64,000 bases of DNA from Fonticula alba ATCC 38817 (Eukaryota > Protista > Nucleariida): NCBI GenBank assembly GCA_000388065.2, contig KB932204.1; one strand, written 5' to 3'. Positions 24,438 through 34,818 of the stretch are shown piece after piece (within the stretch, counting starts at the first letter, position 1; the number at the start of each line of letters is the position of its first letter). A program made the translations under genes and the position numbers. The notes under the pieces were generated by a model. It saw only the letters and a program-made list of their open reading frames with translations. It did no database searches and was not told the origin of the DNA.

Positions 24438-26017
24438 GACCGCTGCGATGGTTGTTGGTTCTGCCACGATTTGGTTTTGGGCGCCATCGTGTCAAATGGG
24501 ACGGCACTTGGCACGCGCCCGGACGGGACTCGAGTACCAGGGTCGAGGGTGCCGGGCCCGCTAAAGAGGCTGGCCGGAAGGAGTGTGCCCGGCGTGGGGG
24601 AAAACTCGAAGGGAGTCTCGGCCGGAAGCATTGGCACAAAGGTGGGAAGGGATGGGGGCGACGCAAAGCTGCCCGGGGCGCTGGGGTTTGGGGCCGTGTC
24701 GGTCGGAGTCCAACGTTCGGTGGTGGTGGTGGTGGTGGTGGTGGCGGCGGCGGTGGCGGCGGTGGTGGTGGCCGATCGAGTCGGATGCGCATCCACTAGG
24801 GATCTCGCCTGTGGAGAGAAGGGAGCCGAGGCCGCGGCCGAGGATGCCGGCGAGGGGGAGGTCGAGGGCGATGAGTGGGCCGAAGGAGCGGCGGCGCGAA
24901 AGACAGCCGCATGGGCGGGTGGCTCGATGCCGGCGGTTGGGCCAGCCGCCATCCCAGGCGAGTAGGCCCCTCGAGTGAGAAGAGAGGAGAAGGGCCCGGA
25001 AGTGGAGAGGGGCTGCTCGCCCAGCGGCGGCCGGGGCTTCAGCTCCAATGGAATGCCCCCTGGGGAGGGGACAGAGCTGGAGGTCCACTCGGCCAGATAG
25101 CCCGCATGAAGGGGATCTTCCGGGTGGGCAGCTGCCGGGAGCTTGGATGGCGGTGTGGCCGAGCCAGCGGCCGCGACGGTGACCGCGCTCAATCCATCTG
25201 GGCTGCCTGACGCCCGAGAGGACGACAGCTCCCGGTATCGGGCCAGGAAATCTTCCAGAGCCGGAGCCCCGGCGGCAATCGGAGTGCTGGTAGAGGCGAT
25301 GGCGAATGGGGTGCCGGTAGAGACGGCGCCGGTCGGGGCGCCCGCGCCAAGACCACTGGGCGAGAGGCCAGCTGGAGACCGAGGAAGCGGGAGTGTGGCA
25401 GCCGAGCTGCTGGCCATTGGAGCGGCCTCCCCCCATGCGGGCGCAGAGAAAAGCCCCCCCGAGGAAGAGGATGACGAGGAGGCAACGCCAGAAACAACGC
25501 CCGCGGGCTTCAAGCACGCAGGCGGGTGTGGCGGATGAATGTGAGGTCGGGTCCAGAGAAAGGAAGAGCTGTGTGTGTGTGTGTGTGTGCGTGTGTATCG
25601 ATGAATTCGTTGCATACCGAGGGTGTGGACGGATACAGGGAGGGCTTCGCGGTTGAAGCCCCACGAGAGGCACTGTATGTGGCCGAGAAGACTGGCCGGA
25701 CATCCACGGTGGCCGCGCCGGGCGCAGGCCGGCGGTCATCAACATCCGAGTCGGAACTCACATCCTGGATGGAAAAGATATCAGCCGGAGACTGGCCAGG
25801 CTGGGACGCGTATGTGCCAATGGGAGCAGGCACATGCGCAGGCGCGCGTGTAAATAGAGGGACAGCCGAGGAGCGAGAGGGTGGATGCGTGTGCATTCAT
25901 ATGCCCCCCCGAGAGCAAGTGCGTGCTGCGAGGCGCTTGGCGCGAACGCACCTTGTGGGCCGGGGACAAGTAGAAGGCCGGGCCGCTGCCAACAATCGGC
26001 GATGGCGTGGAAGACAT
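20893..26017 (-). CDS. Hypothetical ~1500-aa low-complexity protein with polyQ/polyT tracts and C-terminal coiled coil; multi-exon
   Basis: Long frames 23717-25615, 22322-23701 and 20893-22419 join at consensus GTACGT/GTGCGT donors and AG acceptors. The probable first exon is MSSTPSPIVGSGPAFYLSPAHK at 26017. Heptad-like segments: ERAELETLRAGRQAWEQERAAWQQ, ERLTQLTQANLALESRVAEMRRQIAGLEMQ, LETVNEQLRRELELTRRRLRKTQLKL. No family recognised. Confidence 0.7.
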
Positions 26018-27433
26018 CTTCCCCAGTGGGGGATTGCGCGCACGCGTGTGTGTGTGTGTGTGTGTCTAGCTGGGTGTGTGCGTGGGTGTGGTGTGCGTGG
26101 GGGAAGGGGGGGAGGGGAGCTAAGGGGCGAGCAGGGAACAAGGACCGCGCCAGTGCATGCCACCTGGGGGTGAGAGGCAAAGGAAGGGAGTGCCAAGAAG
26201 GCCGAAAGGGCAAATGACCAGCAGGCAGAGGAGAGGACCAAGATGGGAGGAGATATATGGGGGGGGGGGAGGGAAAGAGGAGGAGTGTGAATCGCCCCGC
26301 GCTCGTGGCCACCCGGAAAAAGGCGCCGAAAAAGTGCACAGGGACATGCCGATCGCCGATCTGCACACGGGTNNNNNNNNNNNNNNNNNNNNNNNNNNNN
26401 NNNNNNNNNNNNNNNNNNNNNNNTGGTTTTTGCAGCGGAGGCTCTTGCCCGGTGTTTTTTTTTTTTCCCCCCCCCCCCCCCCCCCCCCCCCCGCCACTCC
26501 GACAACCAAGTTCAAGCGCAGGGACCGGGAGGGCTTTGGCCCCCAGTCGACGCTCGCCGCTGGGGTCGGCGCGTCGGCCAGGGAGCACCATCTTGTTGCC
26601 TGGCCGATTGCTCAAGGCCAGGCCCATTTTTGTTGAGCAAGTGTTAATTTGTCCTCGGCCCCCGCACTCCCACAGCTGGGATGTCCGTTGCACTGCCGAA
26701 CGCGCCCAGTCGTTTGCATGTGGGCGCGCACGCACCCGAGCAACTTTGCTGCGCAGCCGGCACGCGAGACGAGCGCCGGTGGGCGCATGTGGGGCGAGCC
26801 GAGGGAGGGGGCGGCGGGCGCGGATGAGGAGTCACCGAAGAAGGAAGACAAGCCGCCGCGCCAGGCAGAACCATTTGACACCCTCAATCCTTAGACGTTA
26901 GCCTGTCGGTCATGTGATGTTCGTTGGCAGCATCGGGTGCTCCATGATTGGTCCAAAACATGGCACGAGAAGAGAGAGGCGGAGGGAGAGGAAGAGGGAG
27001 AGAGAGAGAGAGAGAGCAGCCCCAGCCGCGAAGGAGGCAAGGCGGGGGGACCCAGGAAGGAGACAGACACACGCGGGGGGGGGGGGGGGGGGTCAAAATG
27101 CGGACGCATATATTTAGGGGAGGAGATACGGCACACCGGGGGAGGAAGAGGAGAGCCGGCCGACCGCAGTCCGGGAAAGGGGATCGTTTTTTTTTTGGCA
27201 ACAAGGACAGATGTGGGAGGGTGATGAGGAAAGGTCTAGCGCAGGGAAGAGGGGCGGGCAGGCCTGCGGGCAGCTCTACTTGCTTGCCGAGAGGCCCAGC
27301 CGCCGGCATGACGCTGTAATGTGTGGGTGGGTGGGTGGGCGGGTGTGTACGGGAGGGAAAAAGAGACAGGAGGGGGAAAGGAGGAGCCCTGCCGGGCACC
27401 GGCGGGAGCGTGGAGGCAACGCCGGGAGCACTC

Positions 27434-30400
27434 TTAAGAGGAAGGCGGACCCGGCGGGGTCTTGGCCGGCCCGTCGCCAGAAGCCGCGCCCGTCTCGGCC
27501 GGCGTTTCTTGCGGGAAGGAAGCAGCCTGAGGAGGCGAGGCATCGGGATGCTGCTGCTGCTGCTGCTGCTGCTGCTCCTCGCCCTCGGGCTCCCGAGCCG
27601 AGTCGGAGAAGTTGGGCAACGTCGAGTGCATGGAGGCCGCCACGTCAGATGCACTGCCTTCCTGCGGGGCGGAGGCGTCAGGCTGGTCCACTTGAGCAGC
27701 ATGCGCAGTGAAGCGAGTATTCTGTTGGAGCCAGTGACGGGAGGTCTTCGGCTGCGATGGGGGGGACACGCTCGAGGCGCCGGAAGTCGGCCTCGCGCTC
27801 GGGTCCTGACTGAAGTTCGGAATGAGGAACGGGCTCTTGGGGGCATTGGCGTTCGCCGGGGCCTCGGTCGGGCTGTCAGCCCGGGAGAAGGAGCTGCCCG
27901 AGGAGAGGGAGCTACGCATGCGGATGCCCTCGCTGCGGCTGAGAGCCTGGGCCGCCATGTCGGCCGCCGCGCGCAGATAGGCATCCTGAGCCATGCGCTT
28001 GGAGGCGGCGGTCTGGGCCTCGAGGCTTTGGCGGACGATGCGCGAGAGATTCGGCGAGAGAATGGTGGAATCCATCTCGTCGATGCGCTGCTTGCGCGCC
28101 AGAGCCACGCACACCTGGGTGGCCGGATGCATGCCGCAGTACAGACAGAGGCCGAGGCTTTCGCGGCGACTGCGCTCGTCGTGCGAGGGAACGTGCTTGC
28201 GCTCGACCGGGTCCCACAAGATGCCCCGGTGGGCCAGGTAGGGACAAGGGTCGGAGGAGATTTCATGGAGCCCACAATACGGGCACAGGCGCAGGCGCCG
28301 ACGCTCATTGGCCAGGGCCAGCGATACCCGGTGATGGCCGAGGAGGAAATCGAAGCCACCCTTGCGGATGATGCCGGAGCAGGGCTCCGACGCCGGGTGC
28401 AGGCCACAGAACCGACACAGCCGGTGCTCGCGCCGGCGTTCATATTCCTCCTGGGTGACCTGGTACCGGCCCAGGGAATTGAAAGTCAGCTTGCCGGTGG
28501 CCAGCAGCAGGGGACACGCCTGGGTGAGGGGATGCTCGCCGCAATACCGGCATAGGTCCGCCTGCTCCTCGGTCCAATCATCGGACACCGGATGGGCCAG
28601 CGCCTTGCCGAGGGGAAGCAGCTCGCCCCGGCGACCGAGCGACATGCGCTGGACCCAGGGCTGCGGACAGGGCTCGGTGGCCGGGTGCTGGCCACAGGCG
28701 GCGCAAAGCCCCGACCGCAGGCGCATGGTCTTGGTGGCTTCACTCAGGTGGTAACGGCCACCGGCATAGTGGTAGCCCAGGCGCAGGAGAACCATGCACA
28801 GCTCATCGGCCTCGTGCAGGCCGCACACACCGCAGGGGACCATGATTTCGCGCAGGGTCACCTCATGACGCAAGGTGGCCGAAGACTGGTCCGGCAGGAC
28901 GGTCGAGCGCTCTTGCAGCAGGGAGGCCACCGAGCTGAAGAGATTCACCGCAGCCAGGATGGAGGTGCTCTGGCGGGGGAGCTTGGGAAGTTGCTCGTCC
29001 ACGGTCTGGCGGAAGAGATTAACCAGGGCCTCCACCGATTGGAGGACATCCGGTTCGGCGACCGCCGGCAGGGGAGAATCCCCCGAGGGGGGATGCTGGT
29101 GCGCATGCCGGTGCTGGCCATCGTCCCCAGCCTCCGGGTGATTGCACTGGGCATGGTCATGGTGGGCGGCGTGGGGCGGATTGCCATCGGCATTGGAGGC
29201 GATCTCCGACAGGATCGGAGACCAGGCGGCCGCGTGCCCTGGCGGCAGGGGCCGAGCCGGCGGGGTCGTCTGGCCAATGGCCGCCACCATCAAGTTCGTC
29301 AGGGCCTTGGCCGCCACGGCGAGCGACACCTCCACCGAGGGGAGATGCCCACTGGGGGTCAGGGCGGCGGCCGTGCCGATGGCCTCGCGTTGGCGGGCAT
29401 CCTGCAGGTCGGCCTTGACCGAGCCAAGGTCCGGCCAGCCCAGAGCCGGGCCAGTGGAAGGAACATACGACCCGCCACGACGCTCTTCCGATCTCTGGCC
29501 AATGGCCGCCACCATCAAGTTCGTCAGGGCCTTGGCCGCCACGGCGAGCGACACCTCCACCGAGGGGAGATGCCCACTGGGGGTCAGGGCGGCGGCCGTG
29601 CCGATGGCCTCGCGTTGGCGGGCATCCTGCAGGTCGGCCTTGACCGAGCCAAGGTCCGGCCAGCCCAGAGCCGGGCCAGTGGAAGGAACATACGACCCGC
29701 CGGCCAGATCCAGCCCGCGGGCAAGCTTCAATGGGCAGGCTAGCCCATGGGGATGGCCATGGCAGTCGGGGCAGCGGGGAAACCGGTCCACCGGGGCACT
29801 GACATCGTGGCCGGTTTGCGCGCGGTAGCCACGCAGGCACCACCAGTCAACCACCGGGCAGATGGTTGCCCCGTGCGGCGGGGCGCCGCAAAAGACACAC
29901 AATTGCGCCCGCGACCGGCGAAGGTACTCGGCCCCGGTGACATTGGTGGCCAGCAGCCCCATCAAGGCGTCCAGGTAGAGGAGCGTCTGCCGGGCGTCGT
30001 GGGGCCCGGGGGTGGAAGAACCAGCGGCGGCCGGCTGCAGGAGCGACACCAGCTGCGACAGGGTGCTGGAGGTGGGATTGGCGGTCAGCTTGGCGAGGGC
30101 CTCGGCTCCCAGGGGATCCGGGCCGGTGGGATTGGCCGGCGGGGCGGGCATGAAAACCGGCACCGAGGCCGGGCCGGGACCGGGGCCGGGGCCCGGTCTG
30201 GACGGCTTCAGCGATTGTAAAAGGGGATTGGTGGCGGCGATGCGCCCGAGGACCCCGGTCAGGAGGTGCTCATCGCGCCGGGCCTGCCGGGGCATGGTGG
30301 TGGGGGAAACCATGCGCACGCCGGCCGGGCCGGGAGCGGGAGCCGGGGCATTGGCCGCCTCGGCCAGGACCGCGGCCGTGGGCGCCGTGCGTGGATGCCC

Positions 30401-31075
30401 CATGAACTCGGCCTGGAGGGCGGCAAATTGCGGATGGATGTCCGGCGCCTCGAAGGGAAGCAGTTCCGGGTTCGGGTCATCCTGCCGGAAGGGCAGAACC
30501 CGGACCGAGCGCCGAGGGGACCGGCTCGGCCGGCTTGCGGCCCGAGTGCGATCCTCCTCCGGCTCGGTCGAGGGGGTGGCCGTCGGGGGGTCGGATGAGG
30601 CAGCGGTGGTGGTGGTGGTGGCGGTGGCGGCGGCAGCGGCGGCCGTATGGTCGCTCGGAGGCAGGGGCGGCGGATGCGGGGTGTCCGTGGCCGAGGTGGA
30701 GTAAAAGGCCCCCGGGCGCCGGCCATGGGTGGCCGGGGCGGGGAACCGGCCACGCGGCGGCCCGGCCCCGATCAGCGAGTCATAGCCGACCGGGCGCCGG
30801 ACCGGATATCGCGAAGCACCAGTGCCGGGGCCGCTCTGCACCAGTGACACCCCGACTGCGGCGAGGGCCGGCGCGGCCACGAGCGTCGAGGCGGCCAGGA
30901 CCACGCGCAGGCGCCCGGCCGCCAGGTGGGGCGGCCCAAGCGAAAGCCCACGTTCTCCCAAAGCCGGCAGCAGGGCCGCCGGCAGTCGATCGATCGACCC
31001 GGCCATGGCGGCCGGGGCGACTCGCGGTGCCCGGGGACTGGCGCGACCCGGGGCGACAGGGGCTCCTCGCGACAT
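27434..31075 (-). CDS. Unspliced 1213-aa ORF (about 1138 aa without the artefactual duplication) with eight CCHC zinc-knuckle-like motifs; Ty3/gypsy Gag-nucleocapsid-like
   Basis: Single open frame of 3.6 kb. Canonical CX2CX4HX4C (CVFCGAPPHGATIC, ~29858-29899), then CPDCHGHPHGLAC, then six CX2CGXHX5-6C repeats spaced 43-51 aa apart (28109-28834). The true 5' end may lie upstream across the gap at ~31.1-31.3 kb. Confidence 0.8.
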   Translation of the reverse strand: MSRGAPVAPGRASPRAPRVAPAAMAGSIDRLPAALLPALGERGLSLGPPHLAAGRLRVVLAASTLVAAPALAAVGVSLVQSGPGTGASRYPVRRPVGYDSLIGAGPPRGRFPAPATHGRRPGAFYSTSATDTPHPPPLPPSDHTAAAAAATATTTTTAASSDPPTATPSTEPEEDRTRAASRPSRSPRRSVRVLPFRQDDPNPELLPFEAPDIHPQFAALQAEFMGHPRTAPTAAVLAEAANAPAPAPGPAGVRMVSPTTMPRQARRDEHLLTGVLGRIAATNPLLQSLKPSRPGPGPGPGPASVPVFMPAPPANPTGPDPLGAEALAKLTANPTSSTLSQLVSLLQPAAAGSSTPGPHDARQTLLYLDALMGLLATNVTGAEYLRRSRAQLCVFCGAPPHGATICPVVDWWCLRGYRAQTGHDVSAPVDRFPRCPDCHGHPHGLACPLKLARGLDLAGGSYVPSTGPALGWPDLGSVKADLQDARQREAIGTAAALTPSGHLPSVEVSLAVAAKALTNLMVAAIGQRSEERRGGSYVPSTGPALGWPDLGSVKADLQDARQREAIGTAAALTPSGHLPSVEVSLAVAAKALTNLMVAAIGQTTPPARPLPPGHAAAWSPILSEIASNADGNPPHAAHHDHAQCNHPEAGDDGQHRHAHQHPPSGDSPLPAVAEPDVLQSVEALVNLFRQTVDEQLPKLPRQSTSILAAVNLFSSVASLLQERSTVLPDQSSATLRHEVTLREIMVPCGVCGLHEADELCMVLLRLGYHYAGGRYHLSEATKTMRLRSGLCAACGQHPATEPCPQPWVQRMSLGRRGELLPLGKALAHPVSDDWTEEQADLCRYCGEHPLTQACPLLLATGKLTFNSLGRYQVTQEEYERRREHRLCRFCGLHPASEPCSGIIRKGGFDFLLGHHRVSLALANERRRLRLCPYCGLHEISSDPCPYLAHRGILWDPVERKHVPSHDERSRRESLGLCLYCGMHPATQVCVALARKQRIDEMDSTILSPNLSRIVRQSLEAQTAASKRMAQDAYLRAAADMAAQALSRSEGIRMRSSLSSGSSFSRADSPTEAPANANAPKSPFLIPNFSQDPSARPTSGASSVSPPSQPKTSRHWLQQNTRFTAHAAQVDQPDASAPQEGSASDVAASMHSTLPNFSDSAREPEGEEQQQQQQQQHPDASPPQAASFPQETPAETGAASGDGPAKTPPGPPSS
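29270..29701. repeat. Perfect 207-bp direct duplication (29270-29476 / 29495-29701) joined by Illumina adapter sequence
   Basis: The two copies are identical. The junction 29476-29494 reads CACGACGCTCTTCCGATCT, the 3' 19 nt of the Illumina read-1 primer/adapter (ACACTCTTTCCCTACACGACGCTCTTCCGATCT). Confidence 0.92.
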
Positions 31076-33074
31076 TGAGCCAGGACAAAGAGGGGGTTGG
31101 GGTCCGGGTTGGGGCGGGGCGGGGGGNNNNNNNNNNNNNNNNNNNNNNNNNNNNNNNNNNNNNNNNNNNNNNNNNNNNNNNNNNNNNNNNNNNNNNNNNN
31201 NNNNNNNNNNNNNNNNNNNNNNNNNNNNNNNNNNNNNNNNNNNNNNNNNNNNNNNNNNNNNNNNNNNNNNNNNNNNNNNGGGGGGAGAGACAGGGGAGGG
31301 CAGAGGAGGAGAGAGGACGAAGACGCGCGGTCTTCCGGACGGCGGCGGCGGCAGCAGTGAGCGGGGCCCGAGCCAGCTGCGTCGACTGGGCGCCGAGGGG
31401 CGTGAAGAAGTCTACAAGGCGCGGCTCGCGGATGCTCGGGACTGCGAGGGTGGGAGGACGCGGTGGTCAGCAATCGACCTCGACAAAAAGCAGCATGAGG
31501 AGGGACGGGATACGGGGCGAGTGCGGGGAAGGGCGGAGCGCACTCGCAGCGACGGCGGCCCACACGGAGGCGCGGAGTCCGGAAATGGAAGAAGAGGAGA
31601 GGGGGGGGAATCCAGGACAGCTGACGAGCAAAGGTCTCTCCAGAGAGGAACAGGGACGGGGCAAAAGGAGGGCGAACGGGAGAGGGTGAATGGGGATGGG
31701 GGGGGGGGGGAGGGGAGGGAGGAGACCTGTGCAAGGGGCTTCGGACGTGCCGGCCTGTGCACCGGGGGCCGTTCAGTCGCCCCGGTAGCCAGCCCAGAGG
31801 AGCATGTTCGGCAGGACCCCCCCCCCCCCCCCCCCCCCCCCGTCAGCCGGAAGAAGCGGCACTCCGGGCAGAGGGGCGCCGCGGAACCGGCCGTGCCCGC
31901 ACGGCGGCCAGCGTGCCTCTAAAGTGCAGCCAGGTCAGGGCGTGGGGCACGGACAACATGTGTGCCTGCCCCCCCCCCCCCCCCCCCCCCCGGAGGCGCG
32001 TGCCGGCCAGCCCCCTCTCTGGTGCTGCCTCGCGGGGGCCCCGGGACCGAGTCGAGAAGGCAAATGTTGGGGGCCGGTGGGCATCTGACTCTTCAGAATG
32101 CGGGAGCAGGGTTTATCTTGACTTGCATTGGGAACTCGAGTTCGTTCATGAGTCACAGTTTGAATCGCACCTAAACCCATGCTGGAGAGCGGGGGCCGGG
32201 CCGCCGGCCTCAAGATGAACACCCAACTGATCATCACCGCCCTCGGTTAAGCCAGAGCGAGGAAGGCGATCAAGGATGCGCCAGGGTGTCCTGCGTTGGT
32301 ATTTCGCCGGCATGTGATAGGCGGAACGGTATTTTGTCCTGAGCGTGAGGGATTTGCGAGGGATTTGGCCCGCCCGCCGAAAAAGGGAGGCGATGGGCGG
32401 TGAACATTCTGAAGGCCACTTCTCGGCCCCGCCCCCCGCGGCCGTGGGGGGCGCGCGTGTGGGGGCGGCTGCCGGCATCTGATGGCGTGAGGGCGGGGAC
32501 CTTTCGCCCCCTGTCCTCTCTCTCTCTCTCTCTCTCCCTCTCTGCATGCTTATGTATGCGCCCCCGCGGGAGGCGTTCCATTTTTCTCTCCCGGGGCCAA
32601 GCCCCCTCCGCTGGTGCGCGCGGTGTGGGGGCGCCGCGGGGCCGGGGGCCGGGGGCGGGGGGCGGGGGGTGCCAGTCGTCTCTGCACGCAGGAGCACCGC
32701 GGAAGGCAGGCCTCGGGCCCAAAGGGCGGAAAAGGAGTCATACTTTATTCGGGACACATTTGCACCGATGCCCGGGCCGAAAAAAAGAGGGCCCGGTGGC
32801 CGGCTATCTCGGCTTGGCCCTTTGGTGGTCCTGCTGCAACCGGACGGGTCCTCTCTGCCAGGTGGTGCGGTGGCGCGCCGATTGCGCTTGTGCTTCCAAC
32901 GGAGCGCGCCTCGGGCCGGCGGGGGGCAGGGTCCGGGCCGGAGGGACTTGTGAAAGTCTGCCCGAGGGGCCGGGGCGGCCAAATGCCAAGGGCGTAGGCG
33001 CGATGCGCCCGCGCGATGGCCAGGTTGTTCTCCACCCAGGCCCACGCCCAGGGCTGCGGCCGGCCCTCCGTGAC

Positions 33075-33112
<38 letters not shown>

Positions 33113-34300
33113 CCGTGGACTTCTGGTCTCCCTTTCTCCATCTCTCGTCCTCGGGCTCTTTCCGTGCATTCCCGCCGGTCCCTTGGTCCATCTCTCTTCA
33201 CCCCCGGTTGGAGGATTCCCAGCCACGGCAGGGATGCCGGGAAGTGCGCCCCAGCAAGGCGTCGACAAGGGAGGGGCGGAAAAGGAAGAAAAAGACGCCG
33301 CCAACAGCACTCGCTCCCTGCCCTGTGGGCAGGGTGCCCTGCCCTTCGGGTCGCCCTGGGCGCCAAAACCCGGCGCTCCTCCATTGGCAGGGGACTTTGC
33401 CCGGCCCCGGGTCCCCTGCCTTCACGGCCCCTCCCTCGGGAGTTGATTTCTCTCCCTCGCCGCTGGGGCTCCGCGGCAAGGTGGTTACTGTTGCGCGCGA
33501 GTCTCTTTTTTTCGCCCCCCCCCTCTCGCCCCAGCCCCTCGTCGAGCATGTCGATCACACATTGGCCTGAGATTGTGTGCCGGTCCTCCCCCACTTGCCT
33601 GGGGCCAAGTGTCCATGATGCTCCCCGGGCTCGGGACCGGGGCCGCCCCGTGTGAGGCCCAGCTTCGGGGGGGGGGAGCCCCGGCCCAGCCGGCCCGGCG
33701 CTCGGGCCGGTGCTCGCCACGCGCAGGGGGCTCGCGATCTGGCAGGCCGCGCGGCTCCCTGCCAGAGACCTGCTGGCAGGGCGCCCCCGCCCCCGGAACG
33801 AGCGACACCCCGGACCGCGCTTTTGCTTTCGCCATCGGCCTTGGCCGGCCATACTTGTTTCACTTTTCTCTCGTCGGGGGCCTCGTTGGGCCAGGATCTA
33901 TTCCCCCCTCCAGCGGCCCGCCCCCCTCCGGCTCCTGCCCCGCGCGTCTTGCGGGTCCCGTCACACAATGTCGCCCGCCTTCCGGCCATTCCGAGCGGAA
34001 GCAGCATCTGCCCTCGGTCGTCCGCGCACCGGCGAATTCAAGGGCGAGATCCATATCCACCGGCCGCACGCTGGCCTCCCCGCCACAGCCAACGCCCTTC
34101 TTCCCCCCTCCCGCGCCCCATCACCCTCCTCCCCCCTCCCCCCTGATCTCCCTCCCTGCTAGTCCCCTTCGGAAGCCTTCTCCTGTCTGTCCCTTCCACC
34201 GCGTCAGTGCCGTTCTCCCGTTTTCTCCCCCCGCGTCCGGCCGGCCCTCCCCTCCGCACTCCCCACCCCCTTCCTTTCTCCTGCCCCCATTCATCCAGGC

Positions 34301-34783
34301 ATGGGCTACGACGGGTCCTCTGCCCAGGCGAGCCCGGCTGTGCCGGCAGCCACCCCGCCCTTGCACCCCCCGATGCTGGGAGATGGCGACACTTCCATTT
34401 CCTTGAACGAGCAAATGTACACCGCTCTGTCGATGCCGGTGTCGCCGAGCCAGGCCGATGTCTCCTCGCCGGCAGTGCCCCCCGACACCGCCATCCCGGC
34501 GGCCCGCTCCGGCGCCGCCCCGGCTGGCGACGCGCCTCCCGCTCGCAAGCGCGAGGCCGTTGTCGATGTACGCTCCATCTTCACCGGCTTATTTCTTCTC
34601 TCTCTCTCTCTCTCTCGCTCCCTCCGTTCCTCCGCCTCTTTTCCCGTGTCGGGCTCCCATCGCCCATCGCCCATCGCCCATCGCCCATCGCCCATCNNNN
34701 NNNNNNCGTGCTTCCTCGGCTCTTCAACCTCAAATGTGCCGATGGGGTTGGACATCTTCCTCCGTCCACCTATCTCCGTATGC

Positions 34784-34818
<35 letters not shown>

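Noticed and set aside
29270-29701. Biological 75-aa tandem repeat in the zinc-knuckle protein
   Set aside because: The junction is Illumina adapter sequence and the copies are identical; treated as an artefact.
26884-31689. Autonomous LTR retrotransposon around the knuckle ORF
   Set aside because: No aspartic protease (D[ST]G), RT (YxDD), RNase H or integrase motifs in any listed frame, and no LTR pair or PBS seen.
32146-33852. 568-aa minus-strand ORF
   Set aside because: Arg/Gly/Pro-rich, runs through (GA)n microsatellites and has no recognisable domain; probably non-coding.
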